From Neoechinorhynchus agilis (taxonomy: Eukaryota > Animalia > Acanthocephala): DNA of 64,000 nt. The stretch covers positions 6,613,749 through 6,677,748 of the forward strand of contig CM121342.1 of assembly GCA_051530055.1 (NCBI GenBank), given 5' to 3'. The position numbers were made by a program, and so were the translations under genes. Shown here in pieces: positions 35,688-49,800 of the stretch (positions within the stretch are counted from its first letter, which is position 1; every line of letters begins with the position of its first letter). The notes under the pieces are model-generated. The model did no database searches. It was not told the origin of the DNA and saw nothing but the letters and a program-made list of their open reading frames with translations.

Positions 35688-35939
35688 GTAAGTGAAACCT
35701 AATTTTCGTCATATATTTGAGTGATAAACATTTTACTCTTTTTTTCGATTGTAGTCTTTTCTATCGGACGTTTTAAAGAAAACGATTCGCTGCTTGTGAA
35801 AAGAAACGCTGAAATTTATCCTTTTAAGTATTTAGTCCACTTTTTGATACTAAAATATTTCTCATAAATTTGTGGTACCGTCATCAGCTCTACCATTCAA
35901 ATTAATTCCAATAAAAATTCAGGAATATCGATATAGCGC

Positions 35940-37655
35940 CACAAAAGTCTCTTTTCTAAAACCGAGTAGAATTTTTTTGTAAAGATATTGCGAGCGAATG
36001 GTTCTTTGATTCCCCAAAAGTCGCGTTTCTAAAATCGAGTAGAATATTTTTTGTAAAGATATTACGAGCGAATGGTTCTTTGATTCCCCAAAATTCGCTT
36101 TTCTAAAATCGAGTAGAATATTTTTTTAAAGATATTACGAGCGAATTGTTCTTTGTTTCCCCAAAAGTCGCTTTTCTAAAATCGAGTAAATTTTTTTTAA
36201 AGATATTACGAGCGAATTGTTCTTTGATTCCCCAAAAGTCGCTTTTCTAAAATCGAGTAAATTTTTTTTAAAGATATTACGAGCGAATGGTTTTTGTTTC
36301 CCAAAAAGTCGCTTTTCTAAAATCGAGTAAATATTTTTTTAAAGATATTACGAGCGAATGGTTTTTTGTTTCCCCAAAAGTCGCTTTTCTAAAATCGAGT
36401 AGAATATTTTTTTAAAGATATTACGAGCGAATGGTTCTTTGATTCCCCAAAAGTCGCTTTTCTAAAATCGAGTATATTTTTTTAAAGATATTACGAGCGA
36501 ATGGTTCTTTGATTCCCCAAAAGTCGCTTTTCTAAAATCGAGTAGAATATTTTTTTAAAGATATTACGAGCGAATGGTTCTTTGATTCCCCAAAAGTCGC
36601 TTTTCTAAAATCGAGTAGAATATTTTTTTAAAGATATTACGAGCGAATGGTTTTTGATTCCCCAAAAGTCGCTTTTCTAAAATCGAGTAGAATATTTTTT
36701 TAAAGATATTACGAGCGAATGGTTCTTTGATTCCCCAAAGTCGCTTTTCTAAAATCGAGTAGAATATTTTTTTAAAGATATTACGAGCGAATGGTTCTTT
36801 GATTCCCCAAAAGTCGCTTTTCTAAAATCGAGTAGAATATTTTTAAAGATATTACGAGCGAATGGTTTTTGTTTCCCAAAAGTCGCTTTTCTAAAATCGA
36901 GTAGAATATTTTTTTAAAGATATTACGAGCAATGTTCTTTGATTCCCCAAAAGTCGCTTTTCTAAAATCGAGTAGAATATTTTTTTAAAGATATTACGAG
37001 CGAATGGTTCTTTGATTCCCCAAAAGTCGCTTTTCTAAAATCGAGTAGAATATTTTTTTTAAAGATATTACGAGCGAATGGTTCTTTGATTCCCCAAAAG
37101 TCGCTTTTCTAAAATCGAGTAGAATATTTTTTTAAAGATATTACGAGCGAATGGTTCTTTGATTCCCCAAAAGTCGCTTTTCTAAAATCGAGTAGAATAT
37201 TTTTTTAAAGATATTACGAGCGAATGGTTCTTTGATTCCCCAAAAGTCGCTTTTCTAAAATCGAGTAGAATATTTTTTTAAAGATATTACGAGCGAATTG
37301 TTCTTTGATTCCCCAAAAGTCGCTTTTCTAAAATCGAGTAGAATATTTTTTTAAAGATATTACGAGCGAATGGTTCTTTGATTCCCCAAAAGTCGCTTTT
37401 CTAAAATCGAGTAGAATATTTTTTTAAAGATATTACGAGCGAATGGTTCTTTGATTCCCCAAAAGTCGCTTTTCTAAAATCGAGTAGAATATTTTTTTAA
37501 AGATATTACGAGCGAATTGTTTGATTTCCCCAAAAGTCGCTTTTCTAAAATCGAGTAGAATATTTTTTTAAAGATATTACGAGCGAATGGTTCTTTGATT
37601 CCCCAAAAGTCGCTTTTCTAAAATCGAGTAGAATATTTTTTAAAGATATTACGAG
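35940..37655. repeat. Satellite, ~73 bp unit, ~23 copies
   Basis: CCCCAAAAGTCGCTTTTCTAAAATCGAGTAGAATATTTTTTTAAAGATATTACGAGCGAATGGTTCTTTGATT repeated. Confidence 0.97.
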
Positions 37656-37696
37656 CACTATTGCATTTGTCATAATACTTCGTTCAGTTACGTATT

Positions 37697-40600
37697 ACTA
37701 AACAGATTTGGAATCAGCGCGTTAAGATGTACGGAAAAATCACTAAATTTGCAAGAATCATTAAAATAAGATAGCACAGTTGAAATCAGCGCATTAGATA
37801 TGCTCAAAATGTTTTACTATTTCGTAACTACTTTCGAGCACAACAGATTTAACTGAGGTGTCTTTTATGAACTTCAATCCTAAAACTAAGTGTCAAAATT
37901 TAACAAGCAACATCAAACCGTTATTGCAGGTAAATTCAGCGTCAAAAGTAGATCTAGAAAAGTTAATTACATCTTAAATTGATTGATTTTTTAATATCAA
38001 TAATCAAGGTAGTTGGTCTAAAAATGTTACAACAAATAACTCAAGAACCATGACAGCTATCGAGAATCCGAAAACAGATTTGGAATCAGCGCGTTAAGAT
38101 GTACTAAATCAGCTGATTCCGTACACTACAGCCGTAATGTTCGCATCGGAAATCGCATTATCATATTTTGCCAATATTCACAAGAGGGAAAAATCACTAA
38201 ATTTGCAAGAATCATTAAAATCAGATAACACCATTGAAATCAGCGCATTAGATATGCTCAAAATGTTTTACTATTTCGTAACTACTTTCGAGCACAACAG
38301 ATTTAACTTAGCTGTATTTTATGAACTTCAATCCTAAAACTAAGTGTCAAAATTTAACAAGCAACATCAAACCGTTATTGCAGGTGAATTCAGCGTCAAA
38401 AGTAGATCTAGAAAAGTTAATTTTATCTTAAATTGATTGATGTTTTCATATCAATAATCAAGGTAGTTGGTCGCAAAATGTTACAACAAATAACTCAAGA
38501 AACATGACAGCTATCGAGAATCCGAAAACAGATTTGGAATCAGCGCGTAAAGATGTACTAAATTGGCTGATTTCGTACACTACAGCCGTAATATTCGCAT
38601 CGGAAATCGCATTATCATATTTTGCCAATATTCACAAGAGGGAAAAATCACTAAATTTGCAAAAATCATTAAAATAAGATAACACAGTTGAAATCAGCGC
38701 ATTAGATATGCTCAAAATGTTTTACTATTTCGTAACTACTTTCGAGCACAACAGATTTAACTGAGGTGTCTTTTATGAACTTCAATCCTAAAACTAAGTG
38801 TCAAAATTTAACAAGCAACATCAAACCGTTATTGCGGGTGAATTCAGCGTCAAAAGTAGATCTAGAAAAGTTTATTATATCTTAAATTGATTGATGTTTT
38901 CATATCAATAATCAAGGTAGTTGGTCTAAAAATGTTACAACCAATAACTCAAGAACCATGACAGCTATCGAGAATCCGAAAACAAATTTGGAATCAGCGC
39001 GTTAAGATGTACTAAATCAGCTGATTCCGTACACTACAGCCGTAATATTCGCATCGGAAATCGCATTATCATGTTTTGCCAATATTCACAAGAGGGAAAG
39101 ATCACTAAATTTGCAAGAATCATTAAAATCAGATAACACCATTGAAATCAGCGCATTAGATATGCTTCAAATGTTTTACTATTTCGTAACTACTTTCAAG
39201 CACAACAGATTTAACTTAGCTGTCTTTTATGAACTTCAATCCTAAAACTAAGTGTCAAAATTTAACAAACAACATCAAACCGTTATTGCAGGTGAATTCA
39301 GCGTCAAAAGTAGATCTAGAAAAGTTAATTTTATCTTAAATTGATTGATGTTTTCATATCAATAATCAAGGTAGTTGGTCGCAAAATGTTACAACAAATA
39401 ACTCAAGAAACATGACAGCTATCGAGAATCCGAAAACAGATTTGGAATCAGCGCGTAAAGATGTACTAAATTGGCTGATTTCGTACACTACAGCCGTAAT
39501 ATTCGCATCGGAAATCGCATTATCATATTTTGCCAATATTCACAAGAGGGAAAAATCTCTAAATTTGCAAGAATCATTAAAATAAGATAACACAGCTGAA
39601 ATCAGCGCATTAGATATGCTCAAAATGTTTTACTATTTCGTGACTACTTACGAGCACAACAGATTTAACTTAGGTGTCTTTTATGAACTTCAATCCTAAA
39701 ACTAAGTTTTAAAATTTAACAAGCAACATCAAACCTTTATTGCAGGTGAATTCAGCGTCAAAAGTAGATCTAGAAAAGCTAATAATATCTTAAATTGATT
39801 GATTTTTTAATATCAATAATCAAGGTAGTTGGTCTCAAAATGTAACAACAAATAACTCAAGAACCATGACAGCTATCGAGAATCCGAAAACAGATTTGGA
39901 ATCAGCGCGTTAAGATGTACTAAATTAGCTGATTCCGTACACTACATCCGTTATATTCGCATCGGAAATCGCATTATCATATTTTGCCAATACTCACAAG
40001 AGGGAAAAATCACTAAATTTGCAAGAATCATTAAAATCAGATAACACCATTGAAATCAGCGCATTAGATATGCTCAAAATGTTTTACTATTTCGTAACTA
40101 CTTTCGAGCACAACAGATTTAACTTAGCTGTCTTTTATGAACTTCAATCCTAAAACTAAGTGTCAAATTTTAACAAGCAACATCAAACCGTTATTGCAGG
40201 TGAATTCAGCGTCAAAAGTAGATCTAGAAAAGTTAATTTTATCTTAAATTGATTGATGTTTTCATATCAATAATCAAGGTAGTTGGTCTTAAAATGTTAC
40301 AACAAATAACTCAAGAACCATGACAGCTATCGAGAATCCGAAAACAGATTTGGAATCAGCGCGTTAAGATGTACTAAATCAGCTGATTCCGTACACTACA
40401 GCCGTAATATTCGCATCGGAAATCGCATTATCATATTTTGCCAATATTCACAAGAGGGAAAAATCACAAAATTTGCAAGAATTATTAAGATCAGATAACA
40501 CCATTGAAATCAGCGCGTTAGATATGCTCAAAATATTTTACTATTTCGTAACTACTTTCGAGCACAACAGATTTAACTTAGCTGTCTTTTATGAACTTCA

Positions 40601-40803
40601 ATCCTAAAACTAAGTGTCAAAATTTTACAAGCAACATCAAACCGTTATTGCAGGTGAATTCAGCGTCAAAAGTAGATCTAGAAAAGTTAATTATGTCTTA
40701 AATTGATTGATGTTTTCATATAAATAATCAAGGTAGCTAGTCTCAAAATGTTACAACAAATAACTCAAGAACCATGACAGCTATCGAGAATCCGAAAACA
40801 GAT
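37697..40803. repeat. Satellite, 454 bp unit, six full copies plus a deleted first copy
   Basis: AAAAC(A/G)ATTTGGAATCAGCG at 38071, 38525, 38979, 39433, 39887 and 40341, and a partial at 40795 (exact 454 spacing). Confidence 0.97.
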
Positions 40804-40895
40804 TAATCATATTCATTTGTAAGCGAAATTCCACACTTTGGAAAGGTTTGATTTCTCGTTTTTTTTCGCAACAAAATGCTATATTAAGCTTTTAG

Positions 40896-43800
40896 GAAAT
40901 TATGCTAAATTTAAAATGTATACCAGCGCTTTATTACGATATTGACGTTGACGTTAATCAATCGATTCAACTTGTAACGCAATTTCTTTTTGATAATTTG
41001 CCTATTTTTTACAATCGTGTACGCGTGTACCAAAATAAATTCGAGTCTTCAATATATAAAGGTCTTATTGATTCCACAAATTTATTGAGGTACACATTGT
41101 TTTTCACTTTAATCGAACTAAAACAATTTTAAATAGTGAAATTAATGCTGAAACTGACATGGATGAGTTGCAAGATGCGATCAAGAGATCTGCAGAAATT
41201 CCCGAAAAAATCAATGAATTGTTCAGAGATGATGTGATTGAAATAGGTGGAGTAAGAGCGTCAGTTCGTGAAGTTAAAGCACAACTCCAGAGAAAAATTA
41301 ACGATGTGATCGTGAACCTCCTCGATTTTTACACAGTTGCTTTCAATCGTCAGTTACAAGAGGTAAGTTCGCGTGCTTATTTTTCTGTTAAAAGTCGTTT
41401 TTCCAATATAGCCGACGGAATTATGTAAAGAACTTGTAAGCATTATCATTGCTAAGCCCGATAACATTAATGAAGTCTACCAAAAGAGAGATAATCTTAA
41501 AAAAGTGCAAGAAAGAGCGAACCTTTTAAGCGTAAGATGACTTTTATGCATCATCCGAAATTATTTTTCGGTTTTTGCATTAAATAGAGTTTTCAAAACA
41601 ATTTCAATCGTGAACTCACAGATTAATGATGCTGTGAACCATAATGATTTTATTGTGCACTTTTTCGTAATTTTTTGCGAACTCCAGTATCTGTGCAAAT
41701 TGAAAAAAAAGGCAACGTTTTTTCAGTTTAATTTAGGCAGATATTTAATGGTATCCACGTTCAATTAATAAAAAAGCTAACTATAGTTTTAATATAGAGT
41801 TTTTAATTTCACTAATGTCAAAATGACACGAATCCGACAAAGATTGCATTGTGTCTTTGATTTCAATCGGAGGGAATTCCAATTTATTGATGGTTGCAAC
41901 CTTATTAACCTCCCCGACGACTGATTTGCAACTATCAATAAAGATAATGATTTTTCTCCGTTTTAATAAAAATTTGTTAAATTAACATTAGGCGGTTTCA
42001 AAAAGGTGATACAAATTCGATATATCATGATTATAGGCGGATGCTGAGAGATTGTTACCGTACGTCTGGACGTATTCACAAGCTGGATACTCAGCCCCAG
42101 ACGATATAATTAAACAAATGTAAATAAAAGGTTTTTTTGAACACTAATTAGAAACAAATAGGACTGATATAATAAAAATGCCGACAATTGTGGCTAGTGT
42201 GTTACCGTTGTGCCATCAAAAGTTAAATATGTTTGGTCAATCCTTAAAGATAAATCACACAAAAATTCAAATTGATTTTATTCGTCGTTTAAATGATCTA
42301 AAGGTTTGAAATGCTGTATCTTTCTATTAATGAAATCTTTTTCAATACAGGAAAACATCCGTACTATTCAAAGCGAACGAAATCCATCCAAAGCCGCTGA
42401 GATGACTGCTTTATGTACATTGATTGATGAAGAGTTGGGCAGTATTGAAGAGGAAGCGAGGACTATTGAATATAGAGAATTTTTGTATAAGTTGCCACGT
42501 AGACATGTTTGTTTTTTTTAATAATGTTTACGCTTCTAATTCTTTAAGTTTAGTTCACAAATTTCTCTAAACATCGAAGAGACTACTACCAGTATCGTGA
42601 CATTTGGATTTCTCTTTCTACATGGCAGCAAATTCTCATGGATTGGAACACTGCTGCCATCTATGACTTTGATGCTTCTCAACTCGAGAATATCCTGTCA
42701 AAAGGGTACAAGACAATATCTTCATTTGTTGAATCTACAACCGAAGATCATGGTAAGTTTAGTTATTGGATTTCTTCAACAATACTTACAATGAACTTTT
42801 GCGTTTGGTTAGACTTAATGGAAGCATGCAAGAATGTTAAATCCGAAATGGAATCTATGATGCCATATTTGCAAATGGCTATTCTGCTAAACTCAATCGG
42901 ATTGAAGGATTCAAGTTGGAATAAGGTACTTTTGGAAATTTATTTACATAAAATGATAAGCATTTTTTTAGTTATCGGAGTTAACAGGGATACCCTTCTC
43001 AAAGGATAAATCTTTAACAGGTAGTCGATGTGTAGAACTTGGTATCTATAAAGACCTGGGAAGTATTAATACCGTAGCGGAAATGGTAGAAAATGATAAA
43101 AAAATCGCTCAGGTAATCTCAGTCTTACAAGATAAAATCCACCATTGTTTTTATGGAAATCTTCTCGTAATTTATCTTGGCGTTTCTAACTGATTTAATT
43201 TAGACAAAATGCTCGGTTTAAACTCGAGCTTAGCGATATTTATCCATTGTTGTAATTTTTAGATTTAATTTAGACAAAATGCTCGGTTTAAACTCGAGCT
43301 TAACGATATTTATCCATTGTTTGTAATTTTTAGATTTAATTTAGACAAAATGCTCGGTTTAAACTCGAGCTTAGCGATATTTATCCATTGTTTGTAATTT
43401 TTAGATTTAATTTAGACAAAATGCTCGGTTTAAACTCGAGCTTAGCGATATTTATCCATTGTTTGTAATTTTTAGATTTAATTTAGACAAAATGCTCGGT
43501 TTAAACTCGAGCTTAGCGATATTTATCCATTGTTTGTAATTTTTAGATTTAATTTAGACAAAATGCTCGGTTTAAACTCGAGCTTAACGATATTTATCCA
43601 TTGTTTGTAATTTTTAGATTTAATTTAGACAAAATGCTCGGTTTAAGCTCGAGCTTAGCGATATTTATCCATTGTTTGTAATTTTTAGATTTAATTTAGA
43701 CAAAATGCTCGGTTTAAACTCGAGCTTAGCGATATTTATCCACGGTTGTAATTTTTAGATTTAATTTAGACAAAATGCTCGGTTTAAACTCGAGCTTAGC

Positions 43801-46800
43801 GATATTTATCCATTGTTTGTAATTTTTAGATTTAATTTAGACAAAATGCTCGGTTTAAACTCGAGCTTAGCGATATTTATCCACGGTTGTAATTTTTAGA
43901 TTTAATTTAGACAAAATGCTCGGTTTAAACTCGAGCTTAACGATATTTATCCATTGTTTGTAATTTTTAGATTTAATTTAGACAAAATGCTCGGTTTAAA
44001 CTCGAGCTTAACGATATTTATCCACGGTTGTAATTTTTAGATTTAATTTAGACAAAATGCTCGGTTTAAGCTCGAGCTTATCGATATTTATCCATTGTTT
44101 GTAATTTTTAGATTAAATTTAGACAAAATGTTCGGTTTAAGCTAGAGCTTAGCGATATTTATCCACGGTTACTCTCAATAATCTACAAGAAAAGTAAACT
44201 TGATTGTTCCATCTCTTCAATTTTTTGAGATGTTTGTACCATGTAAAGAAATGCTATAATTTTATTTTCGATCTATATTTCGCTTACAAATATTTTATTA
44301 TTAGAAGGTGATTCAAACGTCAATATTAGGACCAAAAAGCTTTTTGAAATGTATTTTTTCGCTTTAATTTTTCGAAACAGGCTTCCTAATTGGCGGAAAT
44401 CCGGATGCGTGTAAAAATAACGTTTTTTTCGGACTTTTGTGATCAAAATGAAGACTGACATCTTTTGCTTAAACACTCAAACTAAATCTAAATAAATTTG
44501 TTTAATTTTTTTAACTTTTTACCCAATAACACCAATTGGAATTTTGATTTCCTTTGACTCTATCCTTTATTTAGTTTCTCCAAAAATTGGATGCTTTTTA
44601 CGATATTTGTGTGATTGAAACAGTGAAGATGCATGACCACACTGTATTCCGTTTGTCGGACGAATTAATTGCATTCACGGATGAAAACGTCGTTCAAGCT
44701 CAAAGTTTACTGCTGTATCCAGCTGACGATGAACTAAAGACTAAATTGGTTGGTTGGTCCAAGAAGTTAAAAATGATACAGGTACCTTTTTATCTATTAT
44801 CGTGGTTACTTTCAATTTTTGTTTAGGACAATGTAGAAGATTGGATGGAATGTCAACGTCTTTATTTATACCTTGAGCCGCTTTTTAAAGGATCGGATAT
44901 TCAATATCAACTTCCAAATGAAACCCGTAATTTCATATCCGCTTCGAGATTATGGAATCGAATTATTAGATTAGTTGACGAAAACAAAGCAAATGTAATT
45001 CTTTTTTGGACATAGAAATATTCTCCAAGTTTTTCATTTCAAATTTAAGGCTGCAAAAGTATGTTCACATGCGAGACTAAAGGCTGTTATAAAGGAAGCT
45101 CAGAAATTAATGGATACAATACAAAAAGGATTACTCACTTATATCGAAGGAAAACGAGGAATTTTTCCGAGATTCTATTTCCTGTCTAATGATGAACTTT
45201 TGCAAATATTGGCTAAAGCCACGGATCCTGTAGCCGTCCAGGATCATCTTTATAAGTGTTTTGAAAATATTGTCAAGGTTTGTGGGCTTAAAAGCGTCTT
45301 ACTTTTATAGGGATTATTAATTTGTAGAGGTTGCTTTTATTAAGTTCTACAATTTTTGATAAAACTGCTAAATTGAATTATTTGAGGTAAAATTTGAAGA
45401 CGACATGAGAATATCCGCAATGGTTTCGAGTGAAGGCGAGTCTGTTAAACTCGAAAGCGAGTTGTATCCATCTGATGTTGTAGAGGAATGGATGCAAAAA
45501 CTCGAAAATAATATGATTTTCACTTTGAAGACGCTCACTCGAGAATCGTTAGAGCACTTTTACAAGGTTAAATACTCGTAACAATGATGGAGTAGTAAAA
45601 TTTATGTTTTCTATAGAACGAGAAAATTGATTGGATTTTTCGATGGCCTGGCCAAATAGTAATTGCTGTTAGCCAGCTCATTTGGACAGCCAACACTTGC
45701 ACCGGTATCCAGAACAACTCTTTGAATGAGTGTTATAAAAATCAACTTGCTAACATTGAATATTTAAAGAATTTAATCTCACGGCCACTCAGTGCAGCAC
45801 AACAGGAAACACTAAAAGCTCTGATTGTGATCGAGGTTCATTCAAGGGATGTATTGGTTAAATTGATACAGGAGAAGATTAGGTCGTTGAGCGAATTCGA
45901 TTGGACAAGCCAACTTAGGTTTGTTCGGAAAAATCTCTATTAATTTTCATATGTTTCTTTTTTTTGTTAGATATTACATCGATGGTGAGAATGTGAAGGT
46001 TAAAATGATGGATGCTATTTTCGATTATGGGTTTGAATATTTGGGAAACTCTTCTCGATTGGTTATTACCCCATTGACTGATCGCTGTTACCTCACTTTG
46101 ACGAGTGCACTTCATTTAAAATTCGGCGGCGCACCGAGTGGTCCAGCAGGGACGGGGAAGACCGAGACGACTAAAGATCTCGCCAAAGCATTAGCCATGA
46201 AATGTGTCGTTTTTAATTGCTCAGATCAACTCGATTATCTGTCCATGGGACGATTTTTCAGGGGACTTGCGAGGTATATCGAATACCGAAAAACTAATCT
46301 GTCGTTTTTTCGAACTTTAGCTCCGGATCGTGGGCATGTTTTGACGAATTTAATAGAATTAATGTTGAAGTTTTATCTGTAATTGCAACTCAAATCGCAA
46401 CAATCCAACAAGCACTTCGCAATGAAGTAACGAAATTTTTTGTTTAAAAATCCAACTGTATTTTAGATGGAACAATTTTATTTCGATGGAGCAAATACTC
46501 GAATGAAATCATCATGTGCCATTTTTGTTACAATGAACCCAGGATATGCAGGGAGAACCGAACTTCCTGACAATCTAAAGGTTTTATCTATTATAATTCC
46601 ATTAATATTTCATTTATTTTAAATGATACTCTTTAATTCTAATTTATATTTGCCGCGTTTCGATGTATTCCAAAAAAATTAATTACCATATAATTAGTCC
46701 GGAGAACTATTATTAAAACTGAATTAATTATGCTAAAAATTAAAATTGTATATTTGCTTTCTATTGTTAATTCATTTCAGTGGAGATGACGGTCGTTATT

Positions 46801-49800
46801 GCCTTTAAACTAACTGGTACCTACATTTTTAAGCTTTTGACCAAAGAAATTTTTATCGGTAACTCTAAGAAGTTTTGAGTGAAAAAGTTTATTGAGAACC
46901 CGAATATTGTTGGATCGGCCAAGAACCATTAATATTTGAGAAAATTCCATGTGCGAATTTCAAACTAATAAGGAAGTTTTTATTCGCATAAAAAGTTATT
47001 TTCGTTTAATTAAACGAGAATATTGCTTTACATTTTTCCTATAAAAAATAATAAAAAAATCGAATTTTGCCATATAATGAAGAATGTGAGTTTTTAAAAG
47101 TCCCGTCGTTATAAACACGTCGGAAAAGTATTTTTCAGGAATTACTTCATCTTTGATCGTTCGCTGTATAGATTTTATTTCGACCAGTAGCAATGATGAT
47201 TCCTGATTATTCACTAATTGCTGAGATTTCCATGATTTCATTTGGATTTGACATGACTACATCCTTGGCAAGAAAAATTGTTCATACGTTTAAATTAGCA
47301 TCTGAACAATTAAGCGATCAGGTTTGAATGTTTATTAGTGCTTTCGTAATAAGAAATGATTAGAATCACTATGATTTCGGAATGCGAGCGGTAAAGACTG
47401 TAATATCGGCCGTTGGAAAGCTCAAGAAAACATACCCCAATGAGAATGAGGTAGTTTAGATTTTTGTTAATTAGCCTGTATCCAATCGCGTACTTATTAA
47501 GGAATCGTTGTGCTTGAAAGCAATTCACGATGTCAATATTCCAAAGTTCATCAGCGAGGATTTAATGCTTTTTCAAGATATTTTATCGGATATTTTCCCT
47601 TCTGTTCGGTATGAGACATCAGAGAGAAATTAAAAAAAACAGCAACTGTTAAGGAAACGCGAGGTTGATCAAAAGTCTTTAAGAGATACAATCGAAATGA
47701 AGTGCAAGGAAAATGGTCTGGATCCTATCAGCGAACGCTTTGTTGAGAAATGCTTACAAATTTACGATACAACCGTCGTTCGGCATGGTCTCATGATTGT
47801 TGGCTCGAGCGGAGTGGGGAAATCAACTGTAATTATTGAATAATATTGAAATTAACTTAAAGCTTCTTAATTACAGGCATTAAAGATTATAAAGGATTCG
47901 ATAACAACGCTTTCGGAAAATAACACGACCCAAGAAAAATTTCTACAGACTCAATTGCATTATATAAATCCAAAAGCGTTAGATGTGGGATTTCTATTTG
48001 GATTCTACAATGAAAATACCAGGGAATGGTGGGATTCTTGAATTTATTCGTCTCTTATAAAATTTTTATTAAAAAAAAGGACGGACGGTGTGTTGCCGTA
48101 TTTGATGAGAAACAATCAATCCACAAATGATAAAAGAATATTTCATTGGTTCGTAATGGATGGACCAGTCGATCCAGATTGGATAGAAAATTTAAATACT
48201 GTATTGGATGATAACAAAAAACTTTGTTTGGCAAATTCTGAAACCATAAGACTTGATGAGGTAATTTAAAATTATTTTATCTCTATTATAATTTTTTTAA
48301 AGGACATGCGGATGATTTTTGAAGTCAACGATTTATCCAAAGTGTCACCAGCGACGGTGAGTCGGTGTGGTATGGTATTTTTCGACAATGAAGTTGTTCC
48401 ACTTGAAACTATCATTGAATCTTGGTTAAATGGATTTATTGGCGAGAAACAAAAATACAAACAGCAACTGGAGATAATGTCTACAAAGTTCTTACAGGTT
48501 TGTTTTTTACTACTCATTACTTTTAGTGACTTGAACATCTAGCATTTGTTGGAGTTTTTGAATTCTCTACAGTTGATGGTTGCCTCGTCTTCAAAGACTA
48601 ATTTTAATCGTTTCACCAAAATGTTGGACTATTTTATCGATATATGCGATTCAGTACGTGCTCGAATATTTTTTTAAAAGTAATAAACTATAACGAAATT
48701 AGAAAAATATGAAGGAAACAGAGAAATCGTTCACTGCATTTATGGAAATTTCCTTTGTGTTTTGCGCAATTTGGATGGCTGCAGGATGTACAAATCCGGC
48801 ATCCTGGGAGAAAATTGACGTTTTTATAAGAAAGTGGAATTTAGAAACTAATATTCCATCAAATGGCAGAGTTTTCGATTATTACATAGATGAAAATGAG
48901 GTTTGTATATTTTTTTTAATTGTTCGAACAGAAAACATAGGTTCGTTCATTAGGTTCGATGGCGATCTTGGACGGATTCTAAAGATTTTAAAATAATTCC
49001 AAGACGACAAGGTGATGATTTTCACACTATACGAATTCCGACAGTTGAAACAGTCACGAATCAGTATTTAATAAAGCTTTTAGCAGCCAGGCACAATTCG
49101 GTTTGTTGAAGACATTAAATGCAATCATCAAATGAGTTTTAGATTGTGTTGATCGGAGAAACTGGCACAGCGAAAACCAGCATAGTCACAGAACTTCAAA
49201 GAACAATAAAAGGAGTCTTGTTTGAGACTATATCATTGAGCTCAAAAACGCCACTTAATATGTTACAGAGTTTTATGGAACAAAAACTCGATAGAAGGTA
49301 ATTCGAATTTTTAGTGATACAAATCAAAATACGGGAATTAGGCAGAGAAGTATCTACGGACCACAAGTCGGTTATACCATGTCGTTCTTTATCGACGATC
49401 TCAACATGCCAAGGCCGGATAAATACGGCAGCCAGCCTCTAATGGAGCTTCTACGCCAATTCCTAAGCTATGGAGGATGGTAGGTATAGATTCCTTTTAA
49501 TGAAGAGAATTTGTTAAGCGAAATTCTGCATATTTGGACCGAATTTTACCCATTTGATATTCCGATCCAATGCCAATTTTCTAATTCATTCTTTGATCCC
49601 TTTTAAAGGCTACAGGAACTTGTCAAACCCGAAATCATTTTTCTCGCATTCCTGGTTTTTAAAAAATCGAAATTCTACAAATATTAAATTGTCAACGCAA
49701 CTTTTGAATTTGGTCGTTGCATCGTTTGCTCACAAAGTTTAACAAACCCGAAATCATTTTTCTCGCATTCCTGGTTTTTCAGATCGAAATTCCACAAATA

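Noticed and set aside
43195-44170. Micro-exon array in the 71-bp satellite (gtaatttttag in each unit)
   Set aside because: GT and AG are only 11 nt apart, the array ends do not coincide with the intron ends, and direct splicing IAQ|FLQK already keeps the dynein frame.
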